Source: Candidatus Micrarchaeia archaeon (lineage in GTDB: Archaea; Micrarchaeota; Micrarchaeia; Burarchaeales; Fermentimicrarchaeaceae). Taken from it: DNA of 64,000 nt. Below, piece after piece: positions 52,804 to 60,716 of the stretch; within the stretch, counting starts at the first letter, position 1, and the number at the start of each line of letters is the position of its first letter. The stretch spans positions 96,001 through 160,000 of the forward strand of contig JAVZHX010000001.1 of assembly GCA_038871515.1 (NCBI GenBank), written 5' to 3'. Under the pieces are notes generated by a model. That model was not told where the DNA came from and did no database searches. It saw only the letters and a program-made list of their open reading frames with translations. The position numbers were made by a program, and so were the translations under genes.

Positions 52804-55176
52804 CTACCTTTTCAAAGAAACGGAAAACTCTCCCTTTGCAAACTCAATTCTCTTCACTCTTCCAACCGCCTCAATTTCCTCTTTAATCTCCTGCAATCCT
52901 TCTGACTCCGGAGCGGTGATTTTTGCGTATGATAACTCGGAGTTCAGAGGCAGTTTATTGCTCATCTTGAATTTTCTCACCTCGCTTAATACTCTGTTCA
53001 GCAACTCTGCAACTTTCTCGCTGCGCTCATCCTTCATCTTTGCATCTGCTTTTGGCCATCGTTCAAGATGAACGCTTGGCTCTTCTGAGAATAAAGAGCA
53101 GTAGATTTCGTCTGCTGTATACGGGGCAAAGGGAGCAAGCAACTTCAACGTGGTTGCCAGAACAGTTTTCAGGGTGTGCTGGGCTGCCTTTCTGCTCTCC
53201 TCCCCGTATCTATCGCTCTGATACAGCCTGTGCTTAACCTCCTCTATATAATAATCGCAGAACTCATGCCAGAAAAACTCTGTTATCGCAACTATTGCTG
53301 AGTAGAACTCGTAATTCTCCATGTGATTTGTGCAGTTTTCCACAAGCTTGTTTAACCTGCTGAGAATCCACCTGTCAGTTGTTTTCAGCTTCACCCTTCC
53401 CTCCTCCTTGTAACCCTTCAGGGAAGTTTCAATAAACTTGGATGCATTCCAAAGTTTGTTCAGGAAGGAATGCGCGTAATTAACATCCTTCCAGTAGAAT
53501 ATATTATCCTTGCCTGTGCTTCCGGAAAGAGCAGCCCACATCCTCAGCGAATCAACGGATGATTTTGCAATCACATCTTTTGCTTCAACGTAGTTGCCAA
53601 GCGATTTGCTCATCTTTCTTCCATCAGAGCCGCAAACCATCCCATTGATTAAAACATCCTTGAAGCACGGCTCACCTGTAAGCATAAGACAGCGGTAGAT
53701 TGTGTAGAATGCCCATGTGCGTATTATATCTGTCCCTTGCGGGCGAAGGGAGGAGGGGTAGAGTAACTTGAATTTTTTCTCATCATCAGGCCAGCCTGCA
53801 ATTATGAGGGGTGTGATGCTTGAGTCAACCCACCCGTCGCACACGCTGCTTTCCCCGATAAGTTTCCCCTCGCATTTTGGGCAGTTTTCAACAGGTGGCT
53901 TATCCTTTGTTGGGTCAACAGGCAAGCTTGAGTAGGAAGGAGCAACCACCCCATCGCATCTCTCGCAATACCAGAAGGGAATTGGGATGCCGAAAACTCT
54001 CTGCCTTGAGAAGCACCAATCCCACTCCAAACCCTTGCACCAGTCAGCCAGCAGTTGAATTGCATGCGAGGGAACCCACCTCATTTTATAAGCTGCTTTC
54101 ATAACCTCCTCCTCATTTCCCCTCAGCTTCATGAACCACTGGGCGGAGAGAAGGAATTCCACGGGTTTTTTGCATCTGTCGTGTATTCTGACAACCTGCT
54201 TCAGTTTTTCTGTTTTTGCCACAAGTTCAAGTGAGCTTAGCTCCTCCAAAATTGCTTTCCTCGCTTTGTCTGCTTTCATCCCAGTGAACTTTCCCGCGTT
54301 CAGCAGCTCCCCTTTCTGATTCATCGCCTCAATAACTGGCAGGTTATACCTATACGCCCAAACGACATCCTGCTTATCACCAAAAGTGCAAACCATCACT
54401 ATACCTGTGCCAAAGTTGGGGTCAACATCTGGGTCAGGCATTATTTTAACTTCTCTGTTAAAGAGAGGAACTACTGCAGTTTTGCCATGCAACTCCTTAT
54501 ACCGCTCATCCTCTGGGTTGACAAGTATGGCAACGCATGCGTGCAGCAGCTCCGGCCTTGTTGTTGCGATGAGAAGAGGTTTCCCGTCACAGGAGAACTT
54601 CACGTAGTTCAAAGTTGTTTCCCTCTCAACATCATCCGTCTCTGCTTTTGCAATCGCGCTCTCGCAGTTTGGGCACCACAGCACTGGGTGTTTTGAGCGG
54701 TAAACCAAACCTTTCTCAAACATTTTCAGTATTGAGTGCTGAACCTTTCTGTGGTATTCCCTATCAAAAGTATAATACTCCTGCCTCCAGTCAATTGAGA
54801 ACCCCATCTGCTCCATCTGGGGTTTCATCGTTCCAACAACCTGACTCGTCCACTCCAAGCACTTCTGCTTGAACTGCTCCCTGGGAAGCTTTCCGTATTT
54901 TTTCTCCACTTGAACCTCTGTTGGGAAGCCATGGCAGTCCCATCCCTGAGGGAAGAAAACGTTGTAGCCGCACATTCTTTTGTACCTTGCAACAAAATCC
55001 ATATAGCACCAATTCAGAGTGTTGCCTATATGGAATTCACCTGTTGGGAAGGGAGGAGGGGTGTCAATAACAAAAACTTTTCTTTTGCTTTTCTCGTTGA
55101 ACTCGTGAATTTTCAACTTCTCCCACTTTTTACGCAGCTTTCCCTCAAAATCACGCGGTGAGTATTTTCCAAGCAT
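52804..55176 (-). CDS. valS: Valine--tRNA ligase
   Basis: IDTPPP, HIGN, GWDCHG-PTE, ATTRPEL, GTG-VM-CTFGD, SRQR, RPQG-DIIRTWAF, KMSKS. Confidence 0.97.
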   Translation of the reverse strand: MLGKYSPRDFEGKLRKKWEKLKIHEFNEKSKRKVFVIDTPPPFPTGEFHIGNTLNWCYMDFVARYKRMCGYNVFFPQGWDCHGFPTEVQVEKKYGKLPREQFKQKCLEWTSQVVGTMKPQMEQMGFSIDWRQEYYTFDREYHRKVQHSILKMFEKGLVYRSKHPVLWCPNCESAIAKAETDDVERETTLNYVKFSCDGKPLLIATTRPELLHACVAILVNPEDERYKELHGKTAVVPLFNREVKIMPDPDVDPNFGTGIVMVCTFGDKQDVVWAYRYNLPVIEAMNQKGELLNAGKFTGMKADKARKAILEELSSLELVAKTEKLKQVVRIHDRCKKPVEFLLSAQWFMKLRGNEEEVMKAAYKMRWVPSHAIQLLADWCKGLEWDWCFSRQRVFGIPIPFWYCERCDGVVAPSYSSLPVDPTKDKPPVENCPKCEGKLIGESSVCDGWVDSSITPLIIAGWPDDEKKFKLLYPSSLRPQGTDIIRTWAFYTIYRCLMLTGEPCFKDVLINGMVCGSDGRKMSKSLGNYVEAKDVIAKSSVDSLRMWAALSGSTGKDNIFYWKDVNYAHSFLNKLWNASKFIETSLKGYKEEGRVKLKTTDRWILSRLNKLVENCTNHMENYEFYSAIVAITEFFWHEFCDYYIEEVKHRLYQSDRYGEESRKAAQHTLKTVLATTLKLLAPFAPYTADEIYCSLFSEEPSVHLERWPKADAKMKDERSEKVAELLNRVLSEVRKFKMSNKLPLNSELSYAKITAPESEGLQEIKEEIEAVGRVKRIEFAKGEFSVSLKR

Positions 55177-55180
55177 CCAA

Positions 55181-55966
55181 TCACTCCTGAAAATCAGTCA
55201 AACTCCCTCCAATTCTTATGCTCATCCCATCCTTTGCCGCAACTGTTTCAACGCCTGTTTCCTTCTGTATCAACCTCGCTTCAGCCTCCGGGCCTGCTCT
55301 CAGCATCGCCATCCCAAAGTGCTGTATCACCGCTTTCTTAGGTTTTGCTTCTTTTAAAATTCTTATGGTCATCTCAGTGTTCAGGTGCCCAGGATAGCTG
55401 CATCCTGCCGGCTTCAGGTTGTTCAGCACGAGCAGATTGCAGTTTCTGAATATTTCACCAAGCTCTGGAAAGTATTCAGTGTCGCCGGTGTAACCAACAA
55501 CTCCTTGCTTTGAGGTGAATATGAAACCAACTCCATTTTCATCATCGTGCTTTGTTGGGGTGACACGAATTTTCACTCCTTTTACAGAAAAAACATCACC
55601 TGGTTTTGCAACAAGCGCCTTTTCAACCATCTTTTGATGGTATTTTGAAATCACTCTGTCAAATCTTTCGTTTCCCTCAACCGCTGAGCTGCTTCCTATC
55701 AGAACTCCTCTTTTTCTCTTCCCTCCGTTTGTCATTCCCTCTATAATTAAATTTGCATCGTTAGAGTGGTCAATATGCGCGTGTGATACAAGCACTCCAT
55801 CAAGTTTGTGCAGCTCCTGCTTCAACTCAACGCTTTTCAACAAAGCACCAGGACCAGGGTCTATGTATAGATTGGCTTCCCCTTTTATTATGAAGCCTGC
55901 CGTTGCCCTCAACTGCTTTAGGACAACAAACCTCGCTCCTCCTGTCCCAAGAAACAACAACTCCAA
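55181..55966 (-). CDS. MBL-fold metallo-hydrolase
   Basis: FLGTGG, DPGPG, SHAHIDH, H, GDT, GHL, HFG. Confidence 0.9.
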   Translation of the reverse strand: MELLFLGTGGARFVVLKQLRATAGFIIKGEANLYIDPGPGALLKSVELKQELHKLDGVLVSHAHIDHSNDANLIIEGMTNGGKRKRGVLIGSSSAVEGNERFDRVISKYHQKMVEKALVAKPGDVFSVKGVKIRVTPTKHDDENGVGFIFTSKQGVVGYTGDTEYFPELGEIFRNCNLLVLNNLKPAGCSYPGHLNTEMTIRILKEAKPKKAVIQHFGMAMLRAGPEAEARLIQKETGVETVAAKDGMSIRIGGSLTDFQE

Positions 55967-56035
55967 ACTCTCCCTCTTGAAATGCGTTAATTGTTTCTCG
56001 TAAAAAGATTAATAAAGTTTGTTTAACCAAATAAA

Positions 56036-57535
56036 GTGGGGGAGAGAGTGAAAACTATTGAGGAGATAAATGAGAGAATAAAGAGCGGGGATGTGGTGGT
56101 GGTTACTGCTCTTGAGATGAAGGAGATAGTTGCTGAGAAGGGAGCGGAGAAGGCTGCAAAGGAAGTTGATGTGGTAACCACTGGGACTTTTGGGATGACA
56201 ACAAGCTCTGGCGCATTCCTTAACTTCGGGCATTCTGACCCGCAGATAAAGATGGGTGGGGGGGAGGTTCTTCTCAACGATGTTCCGGCGTATGCTGGCT
56301 TGAGCTCTGTTGATGTGTATATTGGGGTGACACAGCTTTCCAAAGTCCACAGAATAGAATACGGCGGAGCGCACGTGATAGAGGATTTGGTGAGTGGAGA
56401 GTCAATAAAGCTGAAAGCATACGGCTCGCCAACGCACTGTCACCCAACAAGGGAGATAGCTGGGGAGTTCACGATAAATGATTTGAACCAGGCAATTATG
56501 GTGAACCCAAGGATGTTTTACCAGAGATACAGCGCAGGGACGAATTCATCAGATAAAAGCATATATACGTATCTAGGTGAGCTTCTGCCAAACTTTGGGA
56601 ATGTTGTTTATTTCTCAACTGGCGCGTTAAGCCCATTGTATAACGACCCGAATTATGAGACAATTGGTGTTGGGACAAGGGTGTTTCTTGCCGGTGCGAA
56701 TGGCTATGTAATTGGGGAGGGAACTCAGCATAACCCAAAAGCAATGTCTGGCTCGCTGATGGTGAAGGGCGATATGAAGAGGATGAAGCCGAAGTATGTG
56801 AAAGGAGCTTCAATAAGGAATTACGGTGTTGCGCTGTTTCTTGGGGCGGGCATTCCAATACCTGTGCTGAACGCAAACATAGCTAAAAGCTGTGGGATAA
56901 GGGATGAGGAGATAAAGGTTAACGTGTATGATTACCACATCCCAACAAGAGTGAAGCCACTGGTGAAAAAAACTGATTACAAAGAGCTGAAATCCGGGAA
57001 GGTGCTTATTGGCGATAAAGCAGTTAAATCATCAAGTTTATCAAGCATGAAAATTGCTGTTGAAATCTGCGAGAAGCTGAAGGAGATGATAGAGAAGGGA
57101 GAGTTCTTCCTCACAAAACCAGTTGAAAAGATAACAACCGAGTCTGTGATGAAGCCGATGAAGCTTTCGTATGTAAAGGCATCTGATGTTATGGTGCCTG
57201 CGGTAACCTGCAAGCCAGATGATGAGCTGAAAGATGTTGAGAAGATGATGCTTGAGAAGAAGGAGGATTACTTGGTTGTTGTTGATGGGAGGGGGCACCT
57301 GCAGGGAGTGCTCACCTCTTGGGATGTTGCAAAATCGCTTGTAACTGGAAAGAATAAAGTGAAGGATGTTATGACAGCTACAAACATAAGAACGAGCAGG
57401 AAGGATGAGCCAGTTGAAGTTTCCATGAGAAAACTGGAGCAGTATGGGGTGAGGGGATTGCCTGTTGTGGATGATGATGGCAAGGTGCTTGGAGTTGTTA
57501 AAATACATAGTGTGAAATACAAGGTGAAAGGATGA
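56036..57535 (+). CDS. DUF39 + CBS-pair protein (homocysteine biosynthesis / aspartate-semialdehyde sulfurtransferase family, MA1821-like)
   Basis: KTIEEINERI, VDVVTTGTFG, YGGAHVIEDL, YTYLG-LLP, SPL-NDP-Y-TIG-GTR-FL-GA, GTQH, G-GIPIP; C-terminal CBS pair. Confidence 0.9.
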   Translation: MGERVKTIEEINERIKSGDVVVVTALEMKEIVAEKGAEKAAKEVDVVTTGTFGMTTSSGAFLNFGHSDPQIKMGGGEVLLNDVPAYAGLSSVDVYIGVTQLSKVHRIEYGGAHVIEDLVSGESIKLKAYGSPTHCHPTREIAGEFTINDLNQAIMVNPRMFYQRYSAGTNSSDKSIYTYLGELLPNFGNVVYFSTGALSPLYNDPNYETIGVGTRVFLAGANGYVIGEGTQHNPKAMSGSLMVKGDMKRMKPKYVKGASIRNYGVALFLGAGIPIPVLNANIAKSCGIRDEEIKVNVYDYHIPTRVKPLVKKTDYKELKSGKVLIGDKAVKSSSLSSMKIAVEICEKLKEMIEKGEFFLTKPVEKITTESVMKPMKLSYVKASDVMVPAVTCKPDDELKDVEKMMLEKKEDYLVVVDGRGHLQGVLTSWDVAKSLVTGKNKVKDVMTATNIRTSRKDEPVEVSMRKLEQYGVRGLPVVDDDGKVLGVVKIHSVKYKVKG

Positions 57536-57933
57536 GCAAAAGAGTTGTTGTGCTTTTTCCAGTAAAGGAGTACGAGGAGTCGGTGATTAATGAAACAATA
57601 CTGAAAAGCGGAGTTGTTTTCAACACAATAAAAAAGGAGGTGACTCCAACTCACGTCAGAATAATGGGGGAGATAAAGGCTGGGGAGGAGAAAGCTCAGG
57701 AAGTTATGAGAATATTCAAGAGGAGGGGAGGAATTGTAAAGGAGCTTGGGATGATAATGAGGTTTGATGAAACGAAATGCGTTGCCTGCGGGATGTGCGT
57801 CTCCCTGTGCCCAACAAATGCAATAATGATGAATAAGGATTTTTCTGTGAAGTTTGACTTTGATGAATGCGTTCTTTGCATGAATTGTTTTAACAACTGC
57901 CCTGTGAAAGCTATAATCTATTTTGGTGACTGA
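57532..57933 (+). CDS. NIL domain + 2x[4Fe-4S] ferredoxin (MA1822-like)
   Basis: CVACGMCVSLCP and CVLCMNCFNNCP; ATGA-coupled to the DUF39 gene. Confidence 0.9.
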   Translation: MSKRVVVLFPVKEYEESVINETILKSGVVFNTIKKEVTPTHVRIMGEIKAGEEKAQEVMRIFKRRGGIVKELGMIMRFDETKCVACGMCVSLCPTNAIMMNKDFSVKFDFDECVLCMNCFNNCPVKAIIYFGD

Positions 57934-58653
57934 TTGTTCGAGAAGAAGGTTGCTTATAAGGAGTCAAATTTGTTTCTGAAGCTTGAGAAGGAGAAGTTTT
58001 TTGAGACTGCCTACTCCTCTCTTTTGAGAAGCAGGGCGGAGCTTGAGGAGTATTTGAGCTTTCATCCACTTTTTGGAAGCAGTCTTGAGCCAGTTGAAGT
58101 TGAGGAGGATGCGCCTCTTGTTGTTAAGCTTATGGCAGAAGCAGCTGAGAAAACAGGTGTTGGGCCAATGGCTGCTGTTGCTGGCGCGATTGCCGAAGTT
58201 ATACTCAGGGATGTTGTTGCAGAGGGATGTGGGTTCGCGATAATTGAAAACGGCGGTGATATAGCGATGCTTGTCAACAAACCTGCGAGAGTTGCTGTTT
58301 ACGCAGGCTCCTCTCCCTTTTCTGGGAGGATTTGGTTTGAGGTGAAGCCTGAGGAGACACCAGTTGGAGTTTGCACGAGCTCTGGAACGGTTGGGCATGC
58401 CCTTTCTTTTGGCAGTGCGGATGCGGCAGTTGCATTTGCAGATGGGGCTGCGTTGGCGGATGCTGCTGCAACTGCGATAGGGAATATTGTTAAGGATGAT
58501 AATGTGAGGGAAGCTGCGGAGTTTGCGAGGAGGCTGCCAATAAGAGGGGCGGTTGTTATAAAGGGGAGGAGCATAGCTGCTTGCGGAAGAATTCCTCATA
58601 TTGTGAAGGGGGAGGGGCTGCCGGAATACTTTTATAAGGAGTTTTTTGAATAA
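57934..58653 (+). CDS. UPF0280 / ApbE-like protein (COG2122)
   Basis: F-SLEP, GVGPMAAVAGAIA, ENGGDI, GVCTSSGTVGH-LSFG-AD, ADAAATAIGN. Confidence 0.92.
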   Translation: MFEKKVAYKESNLFLKLEKEKFFETAYSSLLRSRAELEEYLSFHPLFGSSLEPVEVEEDAPLVVKLMAEAAEKTGVGPMAAVAGAIAEVILRDVVAEGCGFAIIENGGDIAMLVNKPARVAVYAGSSPFSGRIWFEVKPEETPVGVCTSSGTVGHALSFGSADAAVAFADGAALADAAATAIGNIVKDDNVREAAEFARRLPIRGAVVIKGRSIAACGRIPHIVKGEGLPEYFYKEFFE

Positions 58654-58664
58654 TATACGCGCAT

Positions 58665-58736
58665 GGCCGCGGTAGTCTAATGGCATGACGGCGGGCTGTG
58701 GACCCGCAGGAGTGGGTCCGATTCCCACCCGCGGCC
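58665..58736 (+). tRNA. tRNA-His(GTG) with genomically encoded G-1
   Basis: G-GCCGCGG/CCGCGGC-C; anticodon arm GCGGG-CT-GTG-GA-CCCGC; T-arm GTGGG-TCCGATT-CCCAC. Confidence 0.93.
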
Positions 58737-58823
58737 CATAATTTCTTTTTGTGTAGTTAGTATCCACCAAAAAACTTTCAGCCTTATAAAAATAGTTCAA
58801 GTAAATAATGATGAGGTGTTTTT

Positions 58824-59138
58824 TTGACGCGCGTGTTGAGTGATAAGGAAATTGAGCACATAAGAAACCTTGCAACAATTTTTGCGCAGAAGTGGACTAT
58901 GGGGATAATGAACACGCTGATGATGAATGGGGAGAAGGGGATGGGGTTCAACGAAATAATGAAAAATTTGAATGGGATAAGTGCAGCAGTTCTTTCAAGC
59001 AGGTTAAAGAACCTTCAGAGGATGGGTTATGTGAAAAGGGAGGTTCAGCCAGGGCCGCCAACAAGGACGAGGTATGCCCTGAGCGAGAGGGGGAGGAGAA
59101 TTTTTGAAGTAGCTGATTTTGTTCTTCAGAGCAAGTAG
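58824..59138 (+). CDS. HxlR-family winged-helix transcriptional regulator
   Basis: KW-x-x-I, FNEI...GIS-x-VLS-RLK-L, V-R-V-x-x-PP-x-x-Y-LSERG. Confidence 0.9.
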   Translation: MTRVLSDKEIEHIRNLATIFAQKWTMGIMNTLMMNGEKGMGFNEIMKNLNGISAAVLSSRLKNLQRMGYVKREVQPGPPTRTRYALSERGRRIFEVADFVLQSK

Positions 59139-59187
59139 TTTGGGTAATGATTTAAAGTTTAAAAGTTATAGGTTTAGCGGTGTTGCT

Positions 59188-59691
59188 TTGAAAGTTGTTA
59201 ATAAAAAACTTTTTTTCCTCTACGCCCACCCATGCGGGGATGTGCTTGTGCGGAGAGGGAGCATGAGCAGGGAGGTGCTTGAGAGGATACGCAGTAATTT
59301 AAAGGAAGGGGGGGAAGTAAAGGAAAGTCCTGAGCTTTTTAAAGTTGCTTATAAGTTGCAATGCATGCTGGCTGAGGAGATGGGGAAAAAGGAGATAGAT
59401 GAGGAAGTTATAAGGGAGTATTACTGGAGGAAGCACGACGAGCACGTGATGGAGGAAAGCAGAGTTATGAAGGATGTAATTCCTGTGCTATGCAGGGTTT
59501 TTCCAGCAAAAGTTGTTAAGCTTGAGGGAGAGGAGGGGGTTGTTGAAACTCCTGTTGGAAGGAGAAAGGTTAATATAGAGTTCATTCCAAACGTTTGTGT
59601 TGGTGATTTTTTAACAGTTCATTACTCCTATGCTTGTGAGAGAATAGATGAAGATGAATTCAAAAAGCTGTGGAGGGAGAAAAATGAGTAG
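59188..59691 (+). CDS. Uncharacterised protein with C-terminal HypC-like OB domain (resembles DUF6390-type proteins)
   Basis: N-terminal FFLYAHPC; C-terminal CRVFPAKVV...VGDFLTVHYSYACERI. Likely TTG start at 59188; alternative ATG at 59263. Confidence 0.6.
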   Translation: MKVVNKKLFFLYAHPCGDVLVRRGSMSREVLERIRSNLKEGGEVKESPELFKVAYKLQCMLAEEMGKKEIDEEVIREYYWRKHDEHVMEESRVMKDVIPVLCRVFPAKVVKLEGEEGVVETPVGRRKVNIEFIPNVCVGDFLTVHYSYACERIDEDEFKKLWREKNE

Positions 59692-60568
59692 GAAAAGAGG
59701 TTTTATGCTGGTGCTCTGCACCGCGCTCATCTCTGGTTTTTCAATTTTCATAAACAGTTTTGCAATTGCGAAGTTTGATCCTTTTGTTCTCACTGGGTTG
59801 AGAAACATGACAGTTGCACTGCTCACACTCGCATTCATTCATTTCACTTCCAAATTGAAAAGAATTTCAAAAGCTGACTGGCTGAAGCTTGCTGGCTGGG
59901 GTGCGCTTGACGGAGGTGTTGCGTTCATGCTTTATTTCTATGGGATGAAAGCATCAAACCTCATTCTCGCCTCCATACTCCACAAATCAATCTTCATCTT
60001 CGCCTCAGCAATTGCTTTTCTTGTGTTAAAGGAAAAGTTGAGTTGGAAGTGGGCTGGTGGAGCTGCGCTTCTGCTTGGAGGAGCAATTTTTATTTCTGGT
60101 ATTCCTTCCCTTGAAATAAAAGGAGGTGAGGTTGCAATACTTGGAGCAGTTCTCCTCTGGGCAGCTGGCAACGTGATTGCAAAGAAGCTGCTTGGTAGAA
60201 TTTCAGTTGGCAACGTTATATTTGGAAGGATGTTTTTTGGAAGCATCACTATACTCGCTTTTCTTGCAGCAACAGGCAGCACACAGCTCTCTCTTACAAC
60301 AGAACATTACATTTGGTTGCTTGCCACCTCCCTTCTGCTTGCCGGTTACCAGCTCACCTACTTCAATGGTTTGGCTTTTCTCAAAGTCAGCGAGGCAACA
60401 AGCGTGCTCGCGTTCGGCTCTGTTGTCACATCACTCCTTTCTTTATTTGTGATGAAACAGCCAACACCGCTTGAGTTGCTTGGGATTATTGGAATTGCTT
60501 CGGGAGTTGCGCTTGTTTATCTTTCAGGTGAGGTTGATGTGCATCACAAAACCATCCCGCGTTGCTGA
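59684..60568 (+). CDS. DMT/EamA family transporter
   Basis: About ten TM helices in two EamA repeats; LKEKL; G-x-x-x-L-x-A-x-x-WA-x-NV-AK. Confidence 0.9.
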   Translation: MSRKRGFMLVLCTALISGFSIFINSFAIAKFDPFVLTGLRNMTVALLTLAFIHFTSKLKRISKADWLKLAGWGALDGGVAFMLYFYGMKASNLILASILHKSIFIFASAIAFLVLKEKLSWKWAGGAALLLGGAIFISGIPSLEIKGGEVAILGAVLLWAAGNVIAKKLLGRISVGNVIFGRMFFGSITILAFLAATGSTQLSLTTEHYIWLLATSLLLAGYQLTYFNGLAFLKVSEATSVLAFGSVVTSLLSLFVMKQPTPLELLGIIGIASGVALVYLSGEVDVHHKTIPRC

Positions 60569-60716
60569 AGTGAGCGGGAAGGAGGCGACACTTGAGGATG
60601 GGAGGAGAGTGAAAACTGCAATAGATGTGAGGAAAGGGGATTATGTGCTTGTTGGGATGGGAGTAGTGATTGAAAAAATAAATAAGAAAGAATACAAGAA
60701 GCTGCTTTCGTATTAA
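60537..60716 (+). CDS. HypC/HupF-like small protein (59 aa)
   Basis: MCITKPSRVAEV...V-KGDYVLVGMG-VIEKI; GGTGAGG RBS; overlaps the 3' end of the DMT gene. Confidence 0.8.
   Translation: MCITKPSRVAEVSGKEATLEDGRRVKTAIDVRKGDYVLVGMGVVIEKINKKEYKKLLSY

Noticed and set aside
58808..58855. Possible C/D box sRNA (ATGATGA followed by TTGA boxes)
   Set aside because: No canonical CTGA D box; overlaps the RBS and start of the HxlR gene.
58737..60716. Integrated element at tRNA-His
   Set aside because: No integrase and no duplicated tRNA 3' end (att site) seen in the window.
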